From assembly GCA_973895155.1 (NCBI GenBank), contig OZ316891.1:13981037-14045036 (forward strand): a stretch of DNA of 64,000 nucleotides, in the 5' to 3' direction. Made by a program: the position numbers and the translations under genes. The DNA comes from Marsupella aquatica. Taxonomy: Eukaryota > Plantae > Marchantiophyta. This document shows, piece after piece, positions 54,001-64,000 of the stretch. Below the pieces are notes generated by a model. That model saw nothing but the letters and a program-made list of their open reading frames with translations, was not told the DNA's origin and did not search any database. Every line of letters starts with the position of its first letter. Within the stretch, counting starts at the first letter, position 1.

Positions 54001-54122
54001 CGGGCCGAAAAAGTTTGGGAAACTTCTCGTCCTCGGTTACTCTGCCCCCTCTTGCCCGTCGTGCACAGTTAAGAAGAGGAGAAAGAATTTTCCGATTCTC
54101 TTCTAAGATTCTTCTCCGTATT

Positions 54123-54287
54123 CTCCACTTTGGCACGTCGTGGGGCCCAATAAATGTAGAATCCCTGATACATGGGTATACCCTCGAGGGCTTGATTAAG
54201 CCTATTAAACACTCCACTGTGGCACGTCGTATGGCCCCATAAATGTATTCCTTGTACATGGGTACTCCCCTCAGGGCCTCATTCAGC
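54123..54287. repeat. Tandem duplication, about 90 bp x2
   Basis: ctccact.tggcacgtcgt..ggccc.ataaatgta...catgggta..ccctc.aggg occurs twice. Confidence 0.8.
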
Positions 54288-54369
54288 ACGAAAAGTAATC
54301 TCGAGATTCATAAAGAGCCTCCCGTACCATTTTAGCTGCCCGCTGCCCCAACTGTTTTAAGATGTCACA

Positions 54370-54545
54370 CTTTTTCTAAGTGTGACTAGAGTGTGAATGA
54401 TCCTCACTTTTAGGTGGGGTGAATGACAATGATCCCCACTTTTGGGTGGGGTGAATGACAAAAGCTTCTATTGTCACTGACCAGATTCGAACCTGGGACC
54501 TGGTGCATTCTAAAGGGGATCCTCTACCAACTAGCCTTGGGGCAG
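54370..54545 (-). mobile_element. tRNA-derived SINE-like fragment
   Basis: The minus strand has an A-box-like GCTAGTTGGTAGAG and B-box GGTTCGAATC with tRNA spacing but no proper acceptor stem; it is followed by a duplicated unit of about 32 bp (gtcattcaccccacc.aaaagtg.ggatcatt). Confidence 0.6.
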
Positions 54546-55830
54546 ATAGTGTCCACACTGATTCGCTCTTGGTATTTAACTATATATTAACGTTGGAAAT
54601 ATTGGGCAGCGGGCAATCCCGTACAGGGTTAATAAAGGCTAATCACATTGATTAGCCTCGATATTGCTTTTTGTCCTTAATCAGGGCCTCAGGGCTTCCT
54701 TAAGTGTATTAAACACGTCACTTGCTGTGCTCCCTCGGTAAGAGTGTTGATATTAGTGTCTTAGATGGCCCGCGGGCAACTGTTGTGGTCGATCAGACCT
54801 TTTTGGATTTGCACATCATAAAGATACCACAAGGCACATAAAAATGAATATAGTTTTTAATTACTTTGTCATCTTATAATTGACAATATTATCTTTATTT
54901 TTTATATTTATAAAATTATCATTATTTTGAATATGGATGACAAGTTTTTTAAGTGAACCTAAATAAATCTTGACATCTTTATAAATACAAAAAAAAGTGA
55001 AAGTATTGTAAACTCAAACAGTGTCCATGTACTTAAAAGCTGAAAATGAATAACACTCAAAGATCCATAAAATGAATAGCACTGAAAGATAAAGCAAAAT
55101 AATCAGTGTCATCATCGTATGGAAATCCACTTGTGCACACCTTGTTACATGGCACAGTACACCATACATTGTTTTTTTTTAATATTTATTTACCAGAAAG
55201 CCTTTTTCATATGCTAAAGAGAATATTAATTCACAATTTCCAAACGATGAGGAAGTGTGGTTTATAATGCAAAAATCCCAGAGAGTGGAGTTTAGGTGGC
55301 CTCCAGTTTTGGCAGAGCTATGCCGTTGTAGTTTTTCCCCTCTTTTCAGCAATCATGCACTTGACTTGGTGGAATGACAGTGAGATTGTTGGGATTTCAC
55401 CATGTGTAGTTCAATTTTTTTAATATGGCTAGGGTTGTAGTGGGGAAGAGTAGCATTCAGGATAAAAATTCTTTGTTCACTCTACCTGCTATTTAACTTT
55501 GTGGGGTCAACAACTTCATCATTTATCAGTCTTTTTGCCCTCACTGTGTTGCACCTCAGTGCATCTTAGCTGGGCAGCTAAGATTGGCCCAATCTTGGTT
55601 GACCCTGTCAAGATAGGCATACGGACCAAAAACATAATTTCCTCTTAAATTTTGAAAAACACCAAAAATAAAAACTCCAATTTTTTCCGCCAATTGGCAA
55701 CCTCTCTGAGATGACATGCCAACTAATGAAAGCGACTAATAACTGATGAGATAGTTATACTAGAAAGTCTATTTGATTTGCTCAAGAGAATATTATCTTG
55801 CCACAACCATGGATGATGTTTGGTTGTTCT

Positions 55831-57234
55831 TAGTGATGGACCTTGTCACCCAGTGCCCTCACCAATCCCAACACTCTCGCCTAAGTGCCCTTGGAGTTTG
55901 GACGCCTACACAGAATACCTTGAGCAAACAACTTGGTACCTCTAGCACCTCCGACGATAACTCCCATACGAAGCCGCACTTGCTCCCTAACTCAACTGTA
56001 GCTCAACGGTCCTCACAATCTGTGCAAGCAACCAAACACTTAGGTAAGTAACCCGTAGGATCTAGGAACTCCAAGACTAGTGCCTCAACTCAAACTCAAC
56101 AGACTTCGTAAGTAGGTCCGCGTCTAGAGCCTCCCGTGCCCGCGTGGCCTTGCCATAAGCCAAAGTCCAAGCCTACACCCAATGTTTGTCCAGAACAGCT
56201 CCTCTTTGGGTGCCGCCCATGCTTCCTCACTTCCTATTTGTTAGTGGCTGACCACCCTACCTCCAAGACATTCTCATGGCCCAAATAGCTAGCTTGTCCC
56301 AAAGCTTACAGTCCTAAGCTTGTCCAAAAACATTGAGACCAAATTGGCCCCGACTAGTAACAAACTCCAAGGTTCCCACTCAACCAAGAGTCTAGGTGGC
56401 CAAGTGCACTTGGAACTCAACCTCCATGCCTACTCTACATTGCCTCCCCAATGCAAGCTCCCATGGGAAACTAAACGCGGCTTGGCAGCTATTTCGGCAG
56501 GATTTGGCCAACGGGCAAGATAGCCCCCGCAAACCCTAAGAACCAATGGCACCCATCTAAGCTCAATAAGGACATAGTCTTCCTCAAGATTTTTCCAACG
56601 CATGCAAGAAGTCCTCCAACAGAATTCTCTGTCAAGAAGTTATCATCATTTTTGTTTTGCGTAAGTTTCTCCTTAGTGTTGCAAACCACAACGGCTCACA
56701 ACTCATCCTTGGCCCCAAGGGAGACCACACTCCCCTCATATATGCTTATGGGGACCTATCACCCCGGGACCAGCTTTGGTCCCCTATATTTGGCCCTCAA
56801 CCTGGACTCCAACCCGCATGCCTAGACACTCAACTAAGTTGCTATGACCGTAACTTTCTAGCTAGACGTCTGTAAGCAAAGTGCCTTAGCCCATTATGAT
56901 TGGGCCAACCCATCGCTCATGCCTTGGCTCTCAGAACCCATCATTAGTCAGGGATCCCGGACGGCCACACCCGGGTCTCACCATATCTCATGCGCCAAAC
57001 ATCCATTGTGCCCGGCCTTTCCCATGACCAGACCAAGTCCATGCTAGTCTCATTCCTTAGTGTGAATTCCCATCTTAGCGCCTTGCTCTTGCTAGTGTAA
57101 CTAGTTTCCCAATACTTAGTCCCCATTGGATGGTCGTTCCAATGGCTTGGACCCCCGCTTGGACCATAGAGGAGCTTGGCATCGGAGTGAGCAACGCCGG
57201 AGCTAAGTGTTAGGGTAGTCAAGTTCGGCAAGTT
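55831..57234 (+). mobile_element. Non-autonomous TIR element family, copy C (most complete, 1404 bp; TSD TCT)
   Basis: Ends TAGTGATGGACCTTG ... CAAGTTCGGCAAGTT, with TCT on both flanks. Confidence 0.85.
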
Positions 57235-58208
57235 TCTTACACTCATTGCATACAGAAAAACAAAGTTGGTCTCAACCAAGACCTCGTTTGATGCATACAA
57301 GTCACCACCTATCATGAAATTTTTCCTAACTTATGTTGGAGATGTAATGTTGTCCTACAGACTGAAAATATCTCACTTATCTCAACACAACCAATATTCC
57401 AAGTCATGTGAGAACTATGGTCATTTTGACCATGACCTCTTTTACCCTCTAGAGTATCTGAAGACAGAATGTTCTAGTTTCACAAGAATTATACAATCAA
57501 GACAGTTCTCCCACCCACAAGCAAGTTCAGCTATTATTCAATTTGCCAAGTGGGTGCAAGTGTCAGACTCTGATTGCTAGCTAAGGTAGGATACAGTCGG
57601 ACATACTAAACTGGCGAAAGTAAAGGATGATTGACCAATTGGGTGACTGAACTACATGCACTTTGACCGTGGATAGAGCTGACAAAAAATCTAAGATCCT
57701 TCATGTTTTATTGTCCAAGAAGATTTGAGGAATTATATGTAAGCTGCACCAATATAAGAAGGTTTGCAATCAAACCCCAAGAGGAAGATGAAGGATGGTC
57801 GTCAATCCAAGTTTTAGGGAATCTAGCTTGGACATGTTCAAAGTATACCAATTATAGATATTTTACCAAAACTGCTTTAGGAGCAATAACAAGAAGCCTT
57901 AAGGGATGAGTCCAAGCTTTATTTCTCTTTTCAAAACTTTCTTGATATTCCAGAAAGTGTTCCAAACAAAGTGGAATGTATTTTTCAAACTAGACTTGGG
58001 AGAGTGTTACCACCAAAATATAAGCATGTTTAATATAGACAGTATCTTTTACCATGATAAATTGTGTAAACCTTGCAATATGCAGTTTATAACAGTGGCA
58101 AAAAATAACGTCATTGATCTGAGTTTATGCCAAACTCAATGTCTTACAAAATAATTATCACCCCACCTATCACCTATTAGGATCCCGGCTAGGATCCAGC
58201 GCTCTAGT

Positions 58209-60600
58209 CTAATCCAAAGGTACCACTTCCCCTTCCTTGCTTCCAAAAGTCCTTGTAGTCAATCCTGGAACAACTGCAACCCCCTCAACCACACCATCCT
58301 CTCTGGCATGATGAAAGTCCTTCTCACTCTCCTTGTCAGTATCCCCTTGTTTGTCATCCTCTTCAATGTTATCTGCAAGGATAAGAATCCTCACTTTCAA
58401 CACACAGCTCGATCTGTTGCTCATCAATCTCAATGGCAACACAATGTCTTCCCATTGCCAAGAAGGATGTTGTTCTTGTCCCTGATCCCAAACAAATATC
58501 TAGAACCCCATCATTCTCCTACTTGTCTAAAATGACTTACTTCCCAATCTAACAATACACGGGGTTTCTGATAGATATTTGTTGCCTTGTTATCCCCGTT
58601 GTGTTTCAGCTTCTTAGTCACAGTTGCGCATACAACCACATTGTTCCTTGATTCGATTGTGTCAAAGTTGAAGTGCTCCAATGAATGTTTACCATCTTGG
58701 CTATGAAAGCCAATTGCAAAACACTCAAAATTGTTGTTTAACCCTGAAAAATCACAAAAAGTTTAAGGAGTCATTAAAACTTTAGAAACATGGTTCATGA
58801 AATCATGAACATCCGGGTGAACGTACATCTAATAATTTTTTTCTCAAAAACTAAATTTTCTTACCACACACAATTCTGGACCGTACCCTTCATTACACCC
58901 TGCTTTCAAAACGTCTTGATGGCCTCATATTGGTCCAAGCTGTGGTAAATGATAATACTCCACAACTTTGCATTGGTAGCCACCTTAAGAGATTGGACCA
59001 TCTTTGTGATCTTCAAGTCCCCATCCACTGGCATCTAGCTTCATGAAGACATCCAGGCAATGCAAACTTGTAAGGAATATCCTCTAAGGCTAATGTGCAA
59101 GCCCGACATAAATATCATGCTGAGCACATCACCAAACTTTGGATGCTCAAATGCATTGGGATGAAGTCACCCTCTTGGGTTTTCCGACTAGAAGTCTTCA
59201 TGGCTAGCCAATTCTGCTCTTGAAAACAATATGCGTATTGAAATTGTCTGGGAATGACTTGAGAACTTTGCCTTCCTCATCTCCCTTCTTTTCCGGGAGG
59301 TGGTATCTTTCTGCAAAAGAGGAGCTTATAGTTAAAACCTCGGAATCCAAACATCAAATGTATTCAAACTGTCACTGAAAGAAAAAGTTAAAGAATCTTA
59401 CTCAACTCTAGAAATAGGTACAAAATTCTCTAGCACATTGTCCATGCAATGCTTGGGTACTTGATTTTGCAACCAGACCAACTCTTCTTGTGCAGACAAG
59501 TGAGGAAGGCCTTTTGCTTAGAACACTTTTGAGTGCAGAGTTCAAGATGAAGGACTTAGAGTCGGTTAAGAGGATTTTGGGGATGGAGACAACCCACTTG
59601 GAAAATGGTAAACTATGGTTGACACAGAGAAGATATGCAAGAAAGGTAATAATTACGTTCAACATGGAGGACAACAAGCCCCTTTGGCTCCACATTTCTC
59701 CGCACATTTCAAATTTTTATCGGTTTTCTACTCCACAAATGCAACAATAAATAAGCTCATGTCCCATATCCCTTAAGACAAGGCAATGGCAATCTCATAT
59801 ATTTGATGCATCTGAAATTTGCATCGTGTAAATTCATGCCCAATTTCTTGTAAAGAGAGTTCTTTAGTTAGAACTCTTTGCAACACAAGGCAAATACTGT
59901 CAGGATCTTTCAAGGCTTGTATGTGTCTCCATTCTTTCAATTTCATGTCCTCATAAGGCAGGTTGGCATCTCCAGACTTAGAGGCTTTCTTCTTGCCCTT
60001 GTCTCCTTTTTGCCCTTTGATTTCACATATTTCCAACTTGTCACAAATTTGCCTCACAAATGACCAAACATGATTTTGTCAAAATGCCAACTGAAATAGA
60101 TTATGGTTGGCATTCAAAACCTCAGCATCCTTGCGCACACCCCAATCCTTTAGATTGATTTCAATAGCGCACTCTTTCTTAAACTCCCGATTTGACAACA
60201 ACCCATTCTTCACAAAGTGTATGTGAATATAATTTACTTGTTGGATTGTTGTCATCTGTTGTCAAAATTCAGAATCAATATTATGACTCCATTCAAGGTT
60301 TCTAGCCTCCTGGACAGTCACTCAATCCTGCAAATATCCTGAATATTGTACTCTGCAAAATGCCTCACTGTTTGGGAACTACAAAGCAAGGTCTGCTTTG
60401 GCACAAGCCAAATGGTTGTCCCCAATCACATAGTAATGGTGATCAGTTTTCCTGGAAAATCAAAGGTAGCACACTCCTTGGGATCACCAAGAGGGCAAAT
60501 GGAGCTCCAAGTGGACTGGCCCCTACTACCTTAATCTATAGGGTCAACTGGGTCAAAAAATATGGTTGGATGTGTCTGACTTGGTAAATTGGCAACTCCA
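58209..60600 (-). pseudogene. Decayed ParB/Srx-like domain + beta-class N6-adenine/N4-cytosine DNA methyltransferase (N6_N4_Mtase-like) fusion gene with two apparent spliceosomal introns
   Basis: Manual minus-strand translation across stops and frameshifts. ParB-like part: YQVRHIQP..PFALLVDP..HYYVIGDNHLACAKADL..IFAGL..EARNLEWSHNIDSEF (VIGDNH at 60412-60429). MTase part: catalytic-type motif LEDIPYKF (DIPY at 59070-59081), IYQKPRVLLDW (QKP at 58562-58570) and SAM-binding VLDICLGSGT..GRHCVAIEIDEQQ (58477-58506 onward), i.e. beta motif order. Candidate introns GTAAG..TTTTGCAG at 59311-59401 and GTAAG..TTTTCAG at 58744-58864. Confidence 0.78.
59516..59808 (+). mobile_element. Ty1/copia reverse transcriptase fragment inserted in the MTase relic; inverted copy of 61869-62162
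   Basis: LLSAEFKMKDLESVKRILGME..GKLWLTQRRYARKV..FNMED.KP matches the copia RT pattern. Confidence 0.85.
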
Positions 60601-60638
60601 ACGCCTTCAATCAATCTCACCGCAGGAGGTCATGGTCT

Positions 60639-61715
60639 TAGTCACGGAACTTGACTACCCTACCACTTAGTTCCGACGTCGTTGACTCCAACATTGAGCT
60701 CCTCTATGGTCCAGGCCCTCAGAACCACCATCCAGTGGGGACTAAGTACGGGGGACTTGTGGGCAGTGAAGCGTTGCACTGTCTAGCAAAGGCGATATAT
60801 TGAGTTGGTGGCGCACATAAAGGACTTGGACTGGCATTGGGAGCTCGACGGGTCATGGGCAGGGCCGAGCTGAGGATGGATTGTCCGGTCCCCAAGATAG
60901 ACTTTGAGTTCTGAGGGCTTGAGTGAGAGATCCTCTTGGACCCAAGGCCAACAAAGTATAGTGTATGCGGAATGGATGCTTGGCACATGAGATACATTGC
61001 GGCTTGGGTGTAGCTATTCGGGACCCCCGAGTGACGATGAGTCCTAAGGGCCCAAGCATGAGCACTGTGTCGGCCCAATCACAATAGGGTAAGGCACTTT
61101 GCCCACAAACATCAAACTAGAAAGTTATGGGCCTAACAAGTTAGCTTTGTGTCCAATTGATCATATTAGTCCAGGTAGAAGACCAAAAACAGGGGACCAA
61201 AGTTGGTCCGGGGGTGGCAGGTCTCCAGAAGCATATATGAGGTGAGTGGTGTCTCCCAGTGAGCCAGAGGCGAGCCCAAGTCCTAAAGCATGGCGGTCGC
61301 GCTACTAAGAGAAATGTTAAACAAAAATGGCAATATCTTCTCAATGAGAAGTTTATTGAAGGACTTCTTGGGTGTGTTTGAAATTTCTCAAGGAAAAATA
61401 CATCCTCCTGATCTCATCTGAGTTTGAGGGTGCCTCCAGTGTTCATGGTCTGGAAAGGCTATCTTGCTCGCTTGCCGATCTTGCTAGAATAGCAACCAAG
61501 CCACATAAAGTTTTCCATGGGAGCTTGCATTGGGGAGGCAACGCAGAGTAGGCATGGATGTTAAGGTCAAAGCTCATCTTGCTTGGACTCTCGGTTGGGA
61601 TGGAGCCATAGAGATGGTTGCTAGAGTAGACTTGGTTGCTTGCAGCGTTTGGGACAAGCCCGGGGACAAGCTTTGGACAAGCTAGCTACTTGGGGCATGG
61701 GCATGTAATGGAGGC
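60639..61715 (-). mobile_element. Non-autonomous TIR element family, copy D (truncated)
   Basis: Starts TAGTCACGGAACTTGACTACC, is reverse-complement homologous to copy C, and lacks the other end. Confidence 0.82.
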
Positions 61716-61719
61716 AAGG

Positions 61720-62285
61720 CATTTTGCATCAAACAAGAGACAAAAATCAACAGTACCCTTAAGATACCTAAGAAACTACTTCACTACTTTAGAATGCACC
61801 TTCCTTGGATATGACATGAACATGCTCAACTTGTACATAACTAAGGAAAGATCAGGCCCAATGCAAGCCATCAAATATATGAGATTGTCATTGCCTTGTC
61901 GTAAGGGATATGGGACATGAGCTTATTTTTTGTTGCATTTGTGGAGTAGAAAACCGATAAAAATTTGAAATGTGCGGAGAAATGTGGAGCCAAAGGGGCT
62001 TGTGTCCTCCATGTTGAACGTAATTATTACCTTTCTTGTATATCTTCTCTGTGTCAACCATAGTTTACCATTTTCCAAGTCCCTGGTTGTCTCCATCCCC
62101 AAAATCCTCTTAGTCGACCCAAATCTTTCATCTTAAACTCTGCACTCAAAAGTGTTCTAAGCTTAGCAATGTCAGATATATGCTTGCCACAATCATGGTA
62201 TCCTAACATTAATTGGACCGTGCTTGATGTCTAATTCTAAACTTGGGCTTTCCATTTCTTAAAAGTGGCAAAGATATTATACTAT
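61720..62285 (-). mobile_element. Internally deleted Ty1/copia pol relic (integrase + RT pieces)
   Basis: Minus strand IFATFKKWKAQV (integrase), then ..FKMKDLG..KRILGME and ..VHSKVVK*FLRYLKGTVDFCLLFD (RT C-terminus). Confidence 0.8.
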
Positions 62286-62289
62286 TAAT

Positions 62290-64000
62290 TGCTTTGGAAT
62301 CAACCAATCAACTGAAACAATGCCAAGTCTTTTGAGAACAATTTGTTCCAAGCAATGATCTAAATTTAACTTTCAATCAAAGATCAAGAGTCGGAAGATG
62401 TCTCACAATATTTTGATTGCACTTTTACAACCAAAGCATTCAATGCCATACATCATACTGGCCGTCATCAATGAAGAAATTAAGCAACACTGAATAATCT
62501 GCAATTGGCACACAAACCAAACAACAGTGAGAAAGCTCTATTGAGTTGCTCCACACAATCTTGTACTCTCAAATCCTCTCACTAAATCATGTGAGAACAT
62601 AATGTTGTAGCAATGTGTTTCTTGAGTCAAGCTAAGCCCACTGTTAACCGCCAGAGAGTTGACCTTTCGCCAAATCCGATGTCTAACCATCCAACATGTC
62701 TTCTTGTCTCATCCATTATTTGTCGTTTATTGATTAATCAATGTACTGCCTTCAACTTCATGTCTGTTTCTTGTTTTGCGTGCTACCCGGCCTTCCCGAC
62801 AATGAGGCAATGAGAACTTTTGCAGTTTCTTGAAACAGCAATCCAACCTCTACGGGCCGTTGGATTCTGCCTATCACCTGGATTGAGAGTTCTATCATGG
62901 ACTCTCAGCTAAATTCCATTTTAGTTAATCAATCAGGGCATTGTCTGACTCTCACTGGGTGCAACTGGGTGCAGACCATGTCTGTCACGTAGATTGAAGG
63001 CTAAATGTCATCTAGCCCTAAACTGATCATTTTTAAAAGATTATTTCTAAACCCCATGTGGTAGATTTCTCAATATTTGTTTCTTTTTTCTCAATTGCAC
63101 TCTTCCATTTTTCAATCAATTGTTTACATTCCCTTGGTGCATTTTGTAGTCCAAATGGAATGATCTTGAATCTAAATAAATAAGCAAAGGAGGGTTCTTT
63201 CATCTCCACTACTTTGGACCTTACACATTTTACATTACTTTGCAGAATTTTTCTCTCTCCATTCTGCCAAGATTTCTTAATTAGTTGGAATCACAATGTC
63301 AACATGTAACATGCCGCCAATTCTCCTTTAAACGGCTCCAGCCAAATCCATATGAATTGCCCATTATCAAATGTCAACATTTCTAGCCATCTTTTCAAAA
63401 TCAATTCTTTAACTTTATTTCCAATTGCATTCAAGCAACATAAGCTTTGTAATTGAATTATCCCTGCAGTTTTGCAAGTACGCCTCCCCTACATCTTTTA
63501 TTCAATGGTCTCAATCAATTTCTTTTACATGATGTTTCTTCCATGGGCTTCCATCTCTACCTCGAGGTCTAGCAATCTGGCACGACCTCTTCCTGGGCTG
63601 TCTCTCTAGCCTCTCGATCCTGGAAAGTTTGAACAACAAAAGACCTCTACTCACTCCTACCAGATTGACCTATACCCCCCATTCAGGCAGGTTCCTTTCC
63701 TGTTTACTAACTTTTTCCTGGAATTCATATCCAGTGATGCCAAACAATTTACGACCAGCTTCCTCCCACACATGGTTAACAACATCATCCTGTTTACTAA
63801 CTTGTTCCTGGACTTTATATCCATTGATGCCAAACAATTGACAACCAGCTTCCTCCCACACATCATTTACTTGCATGAAGAAATTGAACACAAACAGTCC
63901 TAAGCCAACCGGTCAACACAAGTTCTTCTCTGTTCAGCCTACCTTTCCAAGCACGTGACTAGATTTGCCGTCAAAATCTTTTGACATGGCCAGATCTAGC
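62290..64000 (-). mobile_element. Possible decayed LINE ORF2 C-terminal region
   Basis: Weak motifs RAWKGRLNREELVL and NLPEWG..VNL in partly open minus-strand frames; heavily decayed. Confidence 0.3.
63699..63871. repeat. Tandem duplication, 90 bp x2
   Basis: cctgtttactaactt.ttcctgga.tt.atatcca.tgatgccaaacaatt.ac.accagcttcctcccacacat occurs twice. Confidence 0.9.

Noticed and set aside
51000-54100. Conserved plant miRNA precursor downstream of LRL
   Set aside because: I found no match by eye to conserved mature miRNAs (miR160/166/319/390/408/529/536) and no long clean hairpin.
54472-54544. Functional tRNA gene
   Set aside because: A and B boxes are present but the acceptor stem does not pair and there is no clean cloverleaf; better explained as SINE-derived.
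58209-60600. Orthologue of Marchantia DN4MT1
   Set aside because: The catalytic motif reads DIPY rather than an SPPY-type motif, it has a ParB-like N-terminus and it is pseudogenised; orthology cannot be claimed without a phylogeny.
55831-61715. Copies C and D as the true ends of one composite transposon carrying the MTase
   Set aside because: Copy C has its own TSD on both sides and copy D appears to truncate the MTase gene 5' part, so they look like later independent insertions.

Overview
Intron-rich, TE-rich land-plant nuclear DNA, most likely a bryophyte such as a liverwort (inferred from the gene sequences, not confirmed). It has two intact host genes on the + strand: a 9-exon meiotic PRD1/MEI1-like gene (3606-9569, about 1347 aa) and an 8-exon LRL-class bHLH gene (46714-51006, about 609 aa). 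They are separated by about 37 kb of decayed transposons with a few CpG-rich islands. The most notable item is a decayed, intron-containing minus-strand gene at about 58209-60600 that the ORF track does not reveal. It encodes an N-terminal ParB/Srx-like domain fused to a prokaryote-like beta-class N6A/N4C DNA methyltransferase (motifs DIPY, QKP and VLDICLGSGT...GRHCVAIEID), probably cargo of a mobile element. Also present: four copies of a non-autonomous 1.1-1.4 kb element with 15-bp TIRs and variable 3-bp TSDs, two copia-type solo LTRs, MULE-type MITEs, a tRNA-derived SINE-like piece, copia/LINE/MuDR relics and many short tandem repeats. All alignments and translations were done by eye; no database searches were run.
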